From positions 76,830 through 140,829 of the forward strand of contig CAZQUL010000001.1 of the NCBI GenBank assembly GCA_964596525.1: 64,000 bases of DNA, given 5' to 3'. Below are positions 27,879 through 37,632 of this stretch, piece by piece. Origin of the DNA: an uncultured Gammaproteobacteria bacterium. Its GTDB lineage: Bacteria; Patescibacteriota; Patescibacteriia; Magasanikbacterales; GWA2-37-8. The notes under the pieces were generated by a model that did no database searches, had not been told where the DNA came from, and saw only the letters and a list, made by a program, of their open reading frames with translations. Both the position numbers and the translations under genes were made by a program. Position 1 is the first letter of the stretch. The number at the start of each line of letters is the position of its first letter.

Positions 27879-29156
27879 TTATACCGCATCGTATTCGTGC
27901 ATCGTAATCTGCGCATCGATCTGCTTGGCAGTTTCGATAGCTACCGCGACCGCGATAAGCATGCTCGTACCACCGATGCTCAAGCTCTGCGTTCCGGTAA
28001 CGATCTGGAGGATAAGCGGGAGGATAGCGATAACGCCAAGGAACAGCGCACCGCCCAAGTTCAATCGGTTCATGGTAGAGCTCAGGTATTCTTCGGTTTC
28101 CTTACCCGGACGAATCCCCGGGATAAAACCACCTTGCTTCTGGAGATTTTCGGCGATTTTCTGTGGATGGAAAATAACGCTCGTATAGAAGAATGTGAAG
28201 CCAAAGACCAGGATGAAGTACGCGATGGTGTATACGACACCCGTGTTCTGGAAGGCCTGCGTCACGCGGAATGCAAGTTCGGCAAGCCACGGCGTTGAAG
28301 AGTTGACGAGAAACTGCGCGATGAGCGCGGGCAAAGTAAGAAGCGACAAAGCGAAGATGATCGGCACGACGCCGGCCATGTTGACCCGGAAAGGAAGATG
28401 GGTGGACGAACCGCCCATCATGCGCATACCGCGCACCTGCTTGGCATAGGTTACCGGAATATTGCGCTGCGCTTCGTTGACGAATACTACGGCAATGATC
28501 GTACCCACAGCCATCGCCGCATAGAGGATGAAGGTGGTTGTATCATTCGAGGTATAGTTGAGGAACGCGTTACGCACTACCTGCGGGAGAGAGGCAACGA
28601 TACCCGCGAAGATAAGAAGCGACGTGCCATTGCCCACTTTCTGTTCGGTAATGAGTTCACCGAGCCAGACCAAGAACATGGTGCCGGCGGTGACGGTAAG
28701 GATGATGGAAATAACACCAAGCGGCGCAACATCCCCCAAAATACCCTGGCCCGACGTGCGCAGATACTGAAGCGTGGCATAACCCTGCATAAGGGCGAAT
28801 GGCACGGTGAGGTACCGCGTATAACGGTTGAGTGTATTCTGACCCTGCTCCCCTTCTTTGGATAATTCTTCAAACTTGGGCAGGATAATCGTGAGGAGCT
28901 GAATGATGATGGACGCAGTAATGTAGGGACCCACACCAAGCATGATCACCGAGAAATTTTGGATACTACCACCCGAGAACAAGTTAAGAAGGCCGAGGAT
29001 CTGGTTGCCTTCAAGCACTTGGCGGACGCTATTAACATCCACACCCGGAATCGGTACGTGCGCCGTAAGGCGAAACACCACCAAAAGACCGAGCACGAAC
29101 AAAATCTTGTTGCGCACTTCTTTCAGCGTCCAGAGGGAAGAAAGTTTTTCCCACAT
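27879..29156 (-). CDS. secY: preprotein translocase subunit SecY
   Basis: 10-TM SecY signature. 425 aa. Last gene of the ribosomal cluster. Confidence 0.93.
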   Translation of the reverse strand: MWEKLSSLWTLKEVRNKILFVLGLLVVFRLTAHVPIPGVDVNSVRQVLEGNQILGLLNLFSGGSIQNFSVIMLGVGPYITASIIIQLLTIILPKFEELSKEGEQGQNTLNRYTRYLTVPFALMQGYATLQYLRTSGQGILGDVAPLGVISIILTVTAGTMFLVWLGELITEQKVGNGTSLLIFAGIVASLPQVVRNAFLNYTSNDTTTFILYAAMAVGTIIAVVFVNEAQRNIPVTYAKQVRGMRMMGGSSTHLPFRVNMAGVVPIIFALSLLTLPALIAQFLVNSSTPWLAELAFRVTQAFQNTGVVYTIAYFILVFGFTFFYTSVIFHPQKIAENLQKQGGFIPGIRPGKETEEYLSSTMNRLNLGGALFLGVIAILPLILQIVTGTQSLSIGGTSMLIAVAVAIETAKQIDAQITMHEYDAV

Positions 29157-29168
29157 ATTGAAGAGAAG

Positions 29169-29609
29169 TTATTTGATCTCACCGCCCAGCGCTTTGATTT
29201 TTTCGGCTACCTGTTTGGTGGTTTTAAGACCGACCAGGGAGAGTTTTTTGGTGAGCTCGCCGGTACCGATCACCTTAGCGGTGCGGACCGTCGAATTAAC
29301 GAGATTTTTTTCTTTGAGCGCGGCGAGTGTGACTTCGCTGCCCGAAGCGAAATGCTTTTCAAGATCGGACAAATACACCTCGGAAGGCTTGGCCTTGAGG
29401 GAATTGAAACCGCGCAGTTTGGGCGTGGATTGCATCATGAACTTGAACGCCTTGATAGCAAGACCGCGTTGGCCGCCGGAGCGAGCCGTTTGGCCTTTAC
29501 CACCGCGCGTGGCGGAGGTGCCATGACCCGAGGCATTACCGCGACCGATCTGTTTGGGCGCTTTTTTGGCACCGCGCGCGGGTTTGATATTGCCAGGATG
29601 TAACATCAT
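29169..29609 (-). CDS. rplO: 50S ribosomal protein L15
   Basis: GRGNASGHGTSATRGGKGQ motif. Confidence 0.9.
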   Translation of the reverse strand: MMLHPGNIKPARGAKKAPKQIGRGNASGHGTSATRGGKGQTARSGGQRGLAIKAFKFMMQSTPKLRGFNSLKAKPSEVYLSDLEKHFASGSEVTLAALKEKNLVNSTVRTAKVIGTGELTKKLSLVGLKTTKQVAEKIKALGGEIK

Positions 29610-29634
29610 ACCGTAAAAAGTGAATACCTAAGAA

Positions 29635-30234
29635 CTAAGCCTGAGCAGCCGTTTCGGCGGCTTTGGTCGGACGCTTTTTGATTTTGACCTTTTCGTCGAC
29701 TTCAACTTCTTTGGCTGCGACTGGAGCATCGATCTTTACCACCTTAGCGCCTTTGAAGCGTTTCAACGCTTCAAACGTTGCTTTAACGGTAACGATCTTG
29801 TTTTTGGTCTTACCCAAAATCTTGGACGACACATTCGGAATGCCGGCCATGTCGAGCACGGTGCGCACAGCACCGCCGGCGATGATACCGGAACCGCGCG
29901 GAGCAGGCTTAAGCATGACAGTCGAGGATTTGAATTTTTTGATAACGCGGTGTGGAATGGTTTCGTTGACGATCGGGACGAGAATGATGTTCTTCTTGGC
30001 CTGGTGCACGGCTTTTTCTACGCCGAGCTGCACGTCTTTGCCTTTAGCGACGCCGAAACCAACGCGTCCTTTGCGGTCGCCGAGAATGATACAGATGCGG
30101 AAACTCATGTGTTTACCACCCTGGGTGACACGGGTGACACGGGCAATATCCAAGATAAACTGATCGAATTCAGATTTTTCGGCGTGCGGACGGCCCTGGC
30201 CCGGATTTTTTTTGAAGGCTCCTTTGGTGTTCAT
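29635..30234 (-). CDS. rpsE: 30S ribosomal protein S5 (with C-terminal K/A/E-rich extension)
   Basis: S5 dsRBD and C-terminal domains. Only 25 nt to rplO, so no room for L30. Confidence 0.9.
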   Translation of the reverse strand: MNTKGAFKKNPGQGRPHAEKSEFDQFILDIARVTRVTQGGKHMSFRICIILGDRKGRVGFGVAKGKDVQLGVEKAVHQAKKNIILVPIVNETIPHRVIKKFKSSTVMLKPAPRGSGIIAGGAVRTVLDMAGIPNVSSKILGKTKNKIVTVKATFEALKRFKGAKVVKIDAPVAAKEVEVDEKVKIKKRPTKAAETAAQA

Positions 30235-30254
30235 AAATAAAGTGGCTTAGAGCA

Positions 30255-30626
30255 TTAAAAGGAGAGACCGCCTGCACGGGCGCCTTCGGCCACGGCTTTG
30301 ACGCGGCCATGATAGCGGTAACCACCGCGATCGAAAACCGCGCGGGTGATGCCTTTTTCTTTAGCACGACTGGCGAGAAGCTCGCCAGCGGCGTGAGCCG
30401 CGGCGACTTTGGCGGTTTTTCCTTCCACCTTGACATCTTTAAGTTCAGCGGTACGAGCCGAAGCGAGAGTAACTCCTTTTTCATCATCGACAAGTTGCAC
30501 TTCCATGCCCTTGAGGCTACGGAAGACCGACAGGCGCGGGCACGACGATGTGCCGGACACTCGCGCGCGCACACGGCCGTGACGGATCTGGCGAAGTTGG
30601 TTGTGACTTTGGGTAAGTCGTTGCAT
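30255..30626 (-). CDS. rplR: 50S ribosomal protein L18
   Basis: L18 signature RLSVFRS...GYRYHGRV. Confidence 0.9.
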   Translation of the reverse strand: MQRLTQSHNQLRQIRHGRVRARVSGTSSCPRLSVFRSLKGMEVQLVDDEKGVTLASARTAELKDVKVEGKTAKVAAAHAAGELLASRAKEKGITRAVFDRGGYRYHGRVKAVAEGARAGGLSF

Positions 30627-30653
30627 ACGGGTGAGACACTAACGAGTAATGGC

Positions 30654-31202
30654 TTACGCGGCCTTCGAAGCGGCTTTGCCAGCTTTGCGGCGAACCACTT
30701 CGTCGGTATAGCGGATACCTTTGCCTTTGTAGGGCTCCGGTTTCTTGATGGAACGGATACGAGCGGCCATCTCGCCGACCTGTTGCTTGCTGATGCCCTC
30801 GACCGTAATAATATTTTTTTCAACCGACAATTTAACACCCGGGAGCGTTTCGATTTCGACCGGATGAGAATAGCCAGCTTCGACCACGAGCGCGTTCGCA
30901 CCTTTCATAGCTGCCTTATAGCCAACGCCGTTGATTTCGAGCTGTTTCTTATAACCTTCGGTAACACCCTTAATCATATTCTTGATGATGCTGCCCCAGG
31001 TGCCCCAGAGCGCACGATCGAGTTTGTCCGAAGTCGTCGGGACACTTACCATAAGCCCTTCCGGAGACTGGGCAACAGCAACGCGCGGATGAAGCTTTTC
31101 TTTGAGCTCTCCTTTGGGCCCCTTGACGGAAATCGTGCCTTTGCCGATTTCGACGTTCACGCCACTCGGGAGGGTGATTGGTTTTTTACCTATACGGGAC
31201 AT
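30654..31202 (-). CDS. rplF: 50S ribosomal protein L6
   Basis: MSRIGKKPI start chosen over the longer ORF. Two L6 repeats. Confidence 0.9.
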   Translation of the reverse strand: MSRIGKKPITLPSGVNVEIGKGTISVKGPKGELKEKLHPRVAVAQSPEGLMVSVPTTSDKLDRALWGTWGSIIKNMIKGVTEGYKKQLEINGVGYKAAMKGANALVVEAGYSHPVEIETLPGVKLSVEKNIITVEGISKQQVGEMAARIRSIKKPEPYKGKGIRYTDEVVRRKAGKAASKAA

Positions 31203-31213
31203 AGGAGAGAGAA

Positions 31214-31603
31214 TTAAAAGACTTCGCACAGAAGCTCGCCGCCGAGTTTGGCCGCACGGGCTTCTTTGTCGGTCATGATGCCTTGCGGAGTGGAAAGAAC
31301 CGCAACGCCGTAACCGTTGAAAACGGATTTGATCTCACCGTGCTTGACGTAGATGCGCGAACCCGGCTTACTGACGCGCTTAACGTGCGAGATGGCCGGC
31401 TCGCGATTAACGTACTTGAGCACGATGCGGATGGAGGGGTGAACATCCTTGAATTCTTCCGCGCTCACAAGGTAGCCTTCGCGCACAAGAAGAAGGGCGA
31501 TGGCCATCTTGAGTTTGGAAAACGGAACGAGCACCTCTTGTTTGTGCACGAGTGAAGCATTGCGAATGCGGGTGAGCATGTCAGCAATAGGATCAGTCAA
31601 CAT
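31214..31603 (-). CDS. rpsH: 30S ribosomal protein S8
   Basis: MLTDPIADMLTRIRNA N-terminus. Confidence 0.93.
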   Translation of the reverse strand: MLTDPIADMLTRIRNASLVHKQEVLVPFSKLKMAIALLLVREGYLVSAEEFKDVHPSIRIVLKYVNREPAISHVKRVSKPGSRIYVKHGEIKSVFNGYGVAVLSTPQGIMTDKEARAAKLGGELLCEVF

Positions 31604-31636
31604 AAGAAGACTTATTAGGAAACTTAGATAACAAAC

Positions 31637-31822
31637 TTACCAACTCGACTTGCTCACACCCGGAATCTGCGTGGCATTGGCCATCTCGCGGAAGCAAATA
31701 CGGCACACACCGAAACGGCGCATGAAACCGCGGCGGCGGCCGCAATTCCAGCAGCGGCGCACGATGCGGGTCGAGAATTTGGGCTTCTTGAGCGATTTGG
31801 CGATTTGAGCTTGAGTAGCCAT
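31637..31822 (-). CDS. rpsN: 30S ribosomal protein S14, zinc-binding type Z (61 aa)
   Basis: CWNCGRRRGFMRRFGVCRIC motif. Confidence 0.9.
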   Translation of the reverse strand: MATQAQIAKSLKKPKFSTRIVRRCWNCGRRRGFMRRFGVCRICFREMANATQIPGVSKSSW

Positions 31823-31825
31823 AGA

Positions 31826-32368
31826 CTATTGCGCAAAAGGAAAACCTAAATGACGAAGGAGAGCCTTGCCGAGGGTCTTGTTACCCGCAGTCGTCACGAT
31901 AATAACCTGCAAACCATGGACTTTATCGATTTCCTCGAGTTTAACTTCGGGGAAAGCAATGTTTTCTTTGAAACCTAAGGTGTAGTTACCCTGGCGATCG
32001 AAGCCTTTGTCGGAAATGCCATGGAAGTCGCGGACACGCGGCAAGGTGATCTTAAGCATCTTTTCGAGGAAGTCGTACATGCGCTCGCCACGCAAGGTGA
32101 CCGTCACGCCGATTTCCATACCTTCACGGATTTTGAAGTTGGAAATGGATTTCTTGGCCTTGGTGCGCATCGGTTTTTGGCCGGTGATGCGGGTAACAAC
32201 CTTTTCCACGTTTTCGACGAAGTGCGGTTCTTTGACGAAGCGGCCGACACCAACGTTAACCACCACTTTGGTGATTTTCGGGACCTGCATGCGGTTCGTG
32301 AGGTTCATTTCCTTCATGAGGGCAGGCACGACGTCGGTTTGGTAGAAGCGATACAAAGTATTGGACAT
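31826..32368 (-). CDS. rplE: 50S ribosomal protein L5
   Basis: L5 signature. 180 aa. Confidence 0.92.
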   Translation of the reverse strand: MSNTLYRFYQTDVVPALMKEMNLTNRMQVPKITKVVVNVGVGRFVKEPHFVENVEKVVTRITGQKPMRTKAKKSISNFKIREGMEIGVTVTLRGERMYDFLEKMLKITLPRVRDFHGISDKGFDRQGNYTLGFKENIAFPEVKLEEIDKVHGLQVIIVTTAGNKTLGKALLRHLGFPFAQ

Positions 32369-32388
32369 AGGAATCTCGGTAAGCGGGG

Positions 32389-32697
32389 CTAGCTAATAAA
32401 GGTGCCGCACTTCCGGCAAAACCGTTTTTTTACATCGCCGTCCATCTTATAGCCGACGCGGACGGTTTTGGAGCATGACGGGCACACCACCATAACGTTA
32501 GCAGCCGAAAGCGGAGCCGACAATTCGATGATCTGGCCTTTCTCACCGGCCTTGCGCGAGCGGAGGTGTTTCTTCATAATGTTCAACCCTTCGACAACGA
32601 CCTTGTTTTCTTCGTTGAACACCTGGATGACCTTGCCCGATTTGCCACTGTCTTTGCCGGTCATGATTTTTACGGTATCGTTACGTTTAATCTTCAT
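32389..32697 (-). CDS. rplX: 50S ribosomal protein L24
   Basis: KOW motif MKIKRNDTVKIMTGKDSGKSGKV. Confidence 0.9.
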   Translation of the reverse strand: MKIKRNDTVKIMTGKDSGKSGKVIQVFNEENKVVVEGLNIMKKHLRSRKAGEKGQIIELSAPLSAANVMVVCPSCSKTVRVGYKMDGDVKKRFCRKCGTFIS

Positions 32698-32709
32698 ATA
32701 AAGCGCGAG

Positions 32710-33081
32710 TTACAATACCTCCGGGGCAAGAGATATAATTTTTTGAAAACCCTTGGCGCGCAGCTCGCGAGCGACCGGTCCGAAAATACGCGAGCCTTTA
32801 GGTTCCTTGGTGTCACGGTCGATAATCACACCAGCGTTTTCGTCGAAACGGATGTAGGTTCCGTCAGTGCGACGCACTTCTTTATGCTGGCGGACAATGA
32901 CGACGTGCACAACGTCGCTTTTCTTTACCAAACCGCGCGGAGCGGCTTCTTTGACGACGCAGGTGACGACATCACCGAGCTCGGCATAGCGCTTTTTGTA
33001 ACCACCGAGTACGCGGATGCACTGCAGGCGTTTGGCACCGGTGTTGTCGGCGACGACGAGCATGCTACGATGTTGAATCAT
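32710..33081 (-). CDS. rplN: 50S ribosomal protein L14
   Basis: [18 protein letters not shown]-terminus. Confidence 0.93.
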   Translation of the reverse strand: MIQHRSMLVVADNTGAKRLQCIRVLGGYKKRYAELGDVVTCVVKEAAPRGLVKKSDVVHVVIVRQHKEVRRTDGTYIRFDENAGVIIDRDTKEPKGSRIFGPVARELRAKGFQKIISLAPEVL

Positions 33082-33090
33082 ACACTTCGA

Positions 33091-33432
33091 TTACGCTTGA
33101 GTAACTACCCCGGTAAAGCGCCAGCGTTTGGTCTTGGAGATCGGGCGGCATTCCACGAATGAAACCTTTTCGCCGACTTTTGCTTTGCCTTCTTCGTCAT
33201 GTACGTGGTACTTGACGCTCGAGCGGTAGGTTTTGTGGTATTTGGGGTTGGATTTCATGGTATCGACCTTCACCACGATCGTTTTGTGCATAGCGGTCGA
33301 AACGACCGTTCCCACGAAACGACGCATTTTTTTGGCCGGTTCCTGGGCGGTTTTGGTTTCTACCGAAGTAGAAGCCTTGGGCGCGCGGGCCTTGGCCGGT
33401 TTTTTGGTTTTAGTAGCGGGAGACATACACAA
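33091..33432 (-). CDS. rpsQ: 30S ribosomal protein S17 (start uncertain; possible Lys/Ala-rich N-terminal extension)
   Basis: Core MRRFVGTVVSTAMHKTIVV. The longer ORF adds about 35 K/A-rich residues. Confidence 0.85.
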   Translation of the reverse strand: MCMSPATKTKKPAKARAPKASTSVETKTAQEPAKKMRRFVGTVVSTAMHKTIVVKVDTMKSNPKYHKTYRSSVKYHVHDEEGKAKVGEKVSFVECRPISKTKRWRFTGVVTQA

Positions 33433-33440
33433 AACAGTGA

Positions 33441-33632
33441 CTAAGTAGACGAACGGGAATGAAGAGCGGTCTTGAGGCGGGCGAGGAGCTGGCGAGTCGA
33501 GCGGATGAGATGCACCTGCTTCAAGGTGTGAGTCGAAGCCTGGAACGAGAATTCAGATAAGCGGCGTTCTTCGGCAGCGATGAGCTCCTTGAGCTCGGCG
33601 ATGGATTTGTCTTTGAGTTCAGCGAATTTCAT
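33441..33632 (-). CDS. rpmC: 50S ribosomal protein L29
   Basis: 63 aa, ELKDKSIAELKELIAAEERRL. Confidence 0.88.
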   Translation of the reverse strand: MKFAELKDKSIAELKELIAAEERRLSEFSFQASTHTLKQVHLIRSTRQLLARLKTALHSRSST

Positions 33633-33641
33633 AGGACGGCG

Positions 33642-34055
33642 TTAGACTTTTTCGACAAACTTGGTTTTGACACCCAGCTTGTACCCGGCCAACTTCATAG
33701 CTTCTTGAGCTTCGGGCTTGGCGACACCGACCATTTCAAAGAGAACTGTACCGGGTTTTACGACCGCGACATAGTGGTCAGGGCTGCCCTTACCACCACC
33801 CATCGGAGTTTCGTTGCCTTTTTTGGTAACCGGTTTGTCGGGGAAGATACGGATCCAGACCTTGCCACCGCGACGTACGTAGCGGGTAAGGATGCGGCGG
33901 ACCGCTTCGATCTGGCGGCTCGTGATCCAGCCGTGATCCTCGGATTTGATGCCGAAATCGCCGAAGGCAACCGTGTTGATGCGGGTGGCGACACCCTTGG
34001 CGCGACGGCGGCCCTTGTGCCATTTGCGGTGTTGTACTTTTTTAGGTAACAGCAT
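33642..34055 (-). CDS. rplP: 50S ribosomal protein L16
   Basis: [22 protein letters not shown]-terminus. Confidence 0.93.
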   Translation of the reverse strand: MLLPKKVQHRKWHKGRRRAKGVATRINTVAFGDFGIKSEDHGWITSRQIEAVRRILTRYVRRGGKVWIRIFPDKPVTKKGNETPMGGGKGSPDHYVAVVKPGTVLFEMVGVAKPEAQEAMKLAGYKLGVKTKFVEKV

Positions 34056-34060
34056 ACGAG

Positions 34061-34792
34061 TTAGGAGCGGTGCTCTTTAGGCTTGTGAGCATGAGCAGGT
34101 TTGCGATGTGCCGAGGCGCCAGTTTCCTGGGCTTCCTTCGTGAACTTGTCGTTCAGGCCAAAGCTTTCGCCGTGGTAGATCCAGATCTTGATACCGATTT
34201 TTCCGTACACGGTGTGGGCTTCGGCGAGCGCATAATCAACGTTGCTGCGGAGCGTAATGAGGGACATTTTGCCTTCACCGAGCTTTTCGGTGCGGGCGAT
34301 TTCAGCGCCGTTCAAGCGGCCACTCATGGTGACTTTTACCCCGCGCGCACCGGCTGCCATGACTTTTTGCATCAACTGTTTCATAACGCGGCGGAACGGG
34401 ATGCGGCGTTCGATTTCGCGGGCAGCATTGCCGGCGACGATGGTGGCCGAGAGGGCCGGATTTTTGACGGCCTGCACGTGCAAGCGGACCTTGGTTTTAA
34501 ACTGGAGGAAGGTGCGTTCAATTTCTTTGCGGATCACCTCAAGGCCCTGGCCGCTACGACCAATAACGACGCCCGGCTTGCCGGCCAAGATGGTGATGTT
34601 AACTTCTTTGGGCGAGCGTTCGATACTGATAGCATCAAGCTCAGCATCGCGGAGTTTCTTATTGAGATATTCGCGAATAGCCATTTCTTGACGCAAGAAT
34701 GTCGGCAAAAGTTCTTTGCGGGCGAACCAGCGCGAGTCCCACGGAAAGATGAGTGGGGTGCGATGAATTTTAGGGTGTACTTTGTGTCCCAT
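34061..34792 (-). CDS. rpsC: 30S ribosomal protein S3
   Basis: KH and S3-C domains, GHKVHP N-terminus. Confidence 0.92.
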   Translation of the reverse strand: MGHKVHPKIHRTPLIFPWDSRWFARKELLPTFLRQEMAIREYLNKKLRDAELDAISIERSPKEVNITILAGKPGVVIGRSGQGLEVIRKEIERTFLQFKTKVRLHVQAVKNPALSATIVAGNAAREIERRIPFRRVMKQLMQKVMAAGARGVKVTMSGRLNGAEIARTEKLGEGKMSLITLRSNVDYALAEAHTVYGKIGIKIWIYHGESFGLNDKFTKEAQETGASAHRKPAHAHKPKEHRS

Positions 34793-34801
34793 AAAAAAAG
34801 G

Positions 34802-35284
34802 CTAGGTGGACGAGGTAGACGCGCCCTTCTTCGCGGTTTTAGCGCGCGGAGCACGAGCTTTAGTGGCTTTCTTAGTCGGGGCTTTCGGTTCGACCGAAGC
34901 TTCCTCTTTAGGAGTTCCTTCGGCAGCCTGGCCAGAGAGCACAATGTGGATATGCGAGGTGCGTTCGCGAACCGGAGTGGCGCGACCATGAGCCTTCGGC
35001 ATCCAGCGTTTCAAAGCCGGACCACCGTCGACGGTAATGGATTGCACGCGGAGATTATTCTCGGAGAGAGAATAATTGTGGCGTGCGTTAGCGACGGCCG
35101 AGAGAAGAAGCTTGAGAAGGGGTTTGGCCGGACGCTTGTTCGTGAGCGTCAAAATCGATACCGAACGGTTGACCGAACGGCCGCGGATAAGATCGGCGAC
35201 GAGGCGCACTTTGCGCGGACTCATGCGCAGGAAGCGCAGGTGAGCGGTAACGTGTTGTTGCATACGAGAATAAAAGTGAGCCAA
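34802..35284 (-). CDS. rplV: 50S ribosomal protein L22 (with C-terminal K/A-rich extension)
   Basis: MSPRKVRLVADLIRG signature. Confidence 0.9.
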   Translation of the reverse strand: MAHFYSRMQQHVTAHLRFLRMSPRKVRLVADLIRGRSVNRSVSILTLTNKRPAKPLLKLLLSAVANARHNYSLSENNLRVQSITVDGGPALKRWMPKAHGRATPVRERTSHIHIVLSGQAAEGTPKEEASVEPKAPTKKATKARAPRAKTAKKGASTSST

Positions 35285-35286
35285 GC

Positions 35287-35619
35287 TTATTTCTTAGCAG
35301 CCGGTTTCGCGGCGGCCGGAGCCGGAGCGGCGGTCTTAGCGGCTTCTTGATCCTTGGCCATCTTACCACCATGACGCACGAATTTACGCGTCGGAGCAAA
35401 TTCACCCAAGCGGTGGCCAACCATGTTTTCTTCTACCAAGACGGTCAAGAAATCCTTGCCATTGTGGACCAAGAACGTAGTGCCGACCATTTCCGGAGAA
35501 ATGACGCAGGCACGGGACCAGGTTTTGATCGGGGCCCGTTTGCCGCTTTTTTTGAGCGCCTCAACTTTCTTGAGGATACGCGGATCGATATACGGACCTT
35601 TCTTTAAACTGCGGGACAT
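35287..35619 (-). CDS. rpsS: 30S ribosomal protein S19 (with C-terminal A/K-rich tail)
   Basis: [20 protein letters not shown]-terminus. Confidence 0.92.
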   Translation of the reverse strand: MSRSLKKGPYIDPRILKKVEALKKSGKRAPIKTWSRACVISPEMVGTTFLVHNGKDFLTVLVEENMVGHRLGEFAPTRKFVRHGGKMAKDQEAAKTAAPAPAAAKPAAKK

Positions 35620-35658
35620 AAGATATGGGTAATCAGTAATGAGTTACTGCTACGTTCT

Positions 35659-36507
35659 TTAAAGGCTGGATTTGCCTTTGCGCGGCTGGATGATGAACTT
35701 GTCACTCCACTTGTTGCGCTCACGGGTTTTGACACCACGTGCTTTCTTGCCATAGACCGTCATCGGACCGCGACGCTGACCGATCGGGCTGTGACCTTCA
35801 CCACCACCGTGCGGGTGGTCAGCCGGGTTCATATTCTTACCTTTGACCGTGGGTTTAATGCCGCGGTGGCGCATACGACCAGCTTTGCCCCAGCGGATAA
35901 GACGGCGGTCCGGGTTGCTGACAGTACCGATGGTAGCGCGGCAGTCTTTGCGGATAAGGCGCATTTCGCCCGACGGCATGCGGAGCGTGACATAGTCGCC
36001 TTCGAGGGCGACGAGCTGGGCCGATACGCCAGCGCCGCGGACAATTTGACCGCCTTTTCCCGGAGTAAGTTCTACATTGTGGACGAAAAGACCAACCGGA
36101 ATGGATTCAAGCGGCATACGGTTACCGGTTTTAGCCTCGATAGCGTTCTTAGACGAAAGGATGGTTTCGCCGACGGTCAAGCCATCCGGTGCCATGACGT
36201 ACGCTTTAGTGGCATCGGTGTATTCGATAAGGGCGATGCGGGCACCGCGGTTCGGATCGTATTCAATAGCGATAACTTTGGCCGGCATGTCGAATTTTTC
36301 CTGGCGGAAGTCGACGATGCGGTAGTACTTCTTGGCGCCGCCAGCACGGTGGCGAACCGTAATCACACCCTGGTTGTTGCGGCCTGATTTGGCCTTGAGG
36401 ATGGTGATGAGACTTTTCTCCGGCTTGAATTTGGTGATGTCCTTAAAAGCATCAACGCTTGAAAGGCGGCGGCCCGGACTGGTTGGTTTGTGTTGCAAAA
36501 TAGGCAT
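35659..36507 (-). CDS. rplB: 50S ribosomal protein L2
   Basis: L2 signature. 282 aa. Confidence 0.93.
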   Translation of the reverse strand: MPILQHKPTSPGRRLSSVDAFKDITKFKPEKSLITILKAKSGRNNQGVITVRHRAGGAKKYYRIVDFRQEKFDMPAKVIAIEYDPNRGARIALIEYTDATKAYVMAPDGLTVGETILSSKNAIEAKTGNRMPLESIPVGLFVHNVELTPGKGGQIVRGAGVSAQLVALEGDYVTLRMPSGEMRLIRKDCRATIGTVSNPDRRLIRWGKAGRMRHRGIKPTVKGKNMNPADHPHGGGEGHSPIGQRRGPMTVYGKKARGVKTRERNKWSDKFIIQPRKGKSSL

Positions 36508-36512
36508 AGACT

Positions 36513-36971
36513 CTAGACACCTTCATGGAGAGTAAGGGCCGAACCGGATGGCAAGGTGACGATGGCTTTCTTGCAATCCGAGCGGCGACCAAAGGCGCGG
36601 CCCGAGCGGACCTTCTTGCCTTCGTTCGTGATGAAGTGCACGGCGGTCGGTTTGACACCATAACGCTCTTCGACGGCCAAAGCGACGGTTTTCTTTTTGG
36701 CATCTACAGCGACTTCGAAAGCGTACTTATTCATGGCTTTGAGGGCCAAGATCTTTTCGCTCAGAAGTGGCGCAAGGAGTACCTTTTCGTGGACACCGCC
36801 TTTGCCGAGAGCAACCGGAGCAGCCGGAGCTTTGGTGCGGGTTTTTTTGGCAGCACCTTCTTTTTTGGCAGTGGTTTTCTTTTCAGTCGGAGCGGCTTTT
36901 TCCGTGGCCGGGGCGGCGGCTTCGGTACCGGCATCCTGTTTCTTTTTAGCCCAGCGTTCAAGTAATCCCAT
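36513..36971 (-). CDS. rplW: 50S ribosomal protein L23 with about 60-aa Lys/Ala/Glu-rich N-terminal extension
   Basis: L23 core EKVLLAPLLSEK...AVHFI. No internal start codon, and the ATG is coupled to the rplD stop. Confidence 0.85.
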   Translation of the reverse strand: MGLLERWAKKKQDAGTEAAAPATEKAAPTEKKTTAKKEGAAKKTRTKAPAAPVALGKGGVHEKVLLAPLLSEKILALKAMNKYAFEVAVDAKKKTVALAVEERYGVKPTAVHFITNEGKKVRSGRAFGRRSDCKKAIVTLPSGSALTLHEGV

Positions 36972-36976
36972 ACAAA

Positions 36977-37612
36977 CTAGTTAGAGGAGGAAAAACGCTC
37001 CTTGAGCTCGGCGAGAGCAGCGGAACTGACAACGAGAGCTTGCGATGAAAGAAGGTCGATAACGCTCACGTCTTTAGCCTGCTTGGTTTCTACCTGCGGC
37101 AAGTTGCGCGTCATGCGGAAGAGAGAACCATGCTCTTTATCAGCAAGCACCAAGAATGAGTTAAAACCTTTCGGCAGCTTGGTGATGAGGGTGTTGAAGA
37201 GCTTGGTTTTCGGTTCGGCAAACGAGTAATTATCGATAACGAAAACCGCTTTATGCTCGGCTTTGTCGGAGAGGCACATGAGGGTCGCAACGCGGCGAGC
37301 TTCTTTGTTGATCTTGGTCTTGTAGGTGCGTTCCGAGAGCGGACCAAAAGCTACACCACCACCTTTCCAGATGGGCGAGCGGATAGAGCCGTGGCGAGCG
37401 CGGCCAGTACCTTTTTGTTTCCAAGGTTTCTTACCACCACCGCTTACTTCACCACGTTTCTTGGCGTTGGCCCATGGTTCGCGCTGGTTGTTGGTCTGGG
37501 CGACGAATACTTCATGGACGAGAGCAGGCTTGACTTTGACTCCAAAAAGCTCAGGCTGAAGTTCGACTTCGCCAACCGACTGACCGCTGATATTATAGAC
37601 AGTTGTTTTCAT
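36977..37612 (-). CDS. rplD: 50S ribosomal protein L4
   Basis: L4 signature. 211 aa. Confidence 0.92.
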   Translation of the reverse strand: MKTTVYNISGQSVGEVELQPELFGVKVKPALVHEVFVAQTNNQREPWANAKKRGEVSGGGKKPWKQKGTGRARHGSIRSPIWKGGGVAFGPLSERTYKTKINKEARRVATLMCLSDKAEHKAVFVIDNYSFAEPKTKLFNTLITKLPKGFNSFLVLADKEHGSLFRMTRNLPQVETKQAKDVSVIDLLSSQALVVSSAALAELKERFSSSN

Positions 37613-37632
37613 ACAAATAGAGGGGCTCTTCG

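Noticed and set aside
34070-35350. A 426-aa + strand ORF, and other long + strand ORFs within 29663-38233.
   Set aside because: They are antisense to the ribosomal-protein genes rpsC, rplV and rpsS. They have no RBS and show Gly/Arg/Ala/Phe-rich antisense composition.
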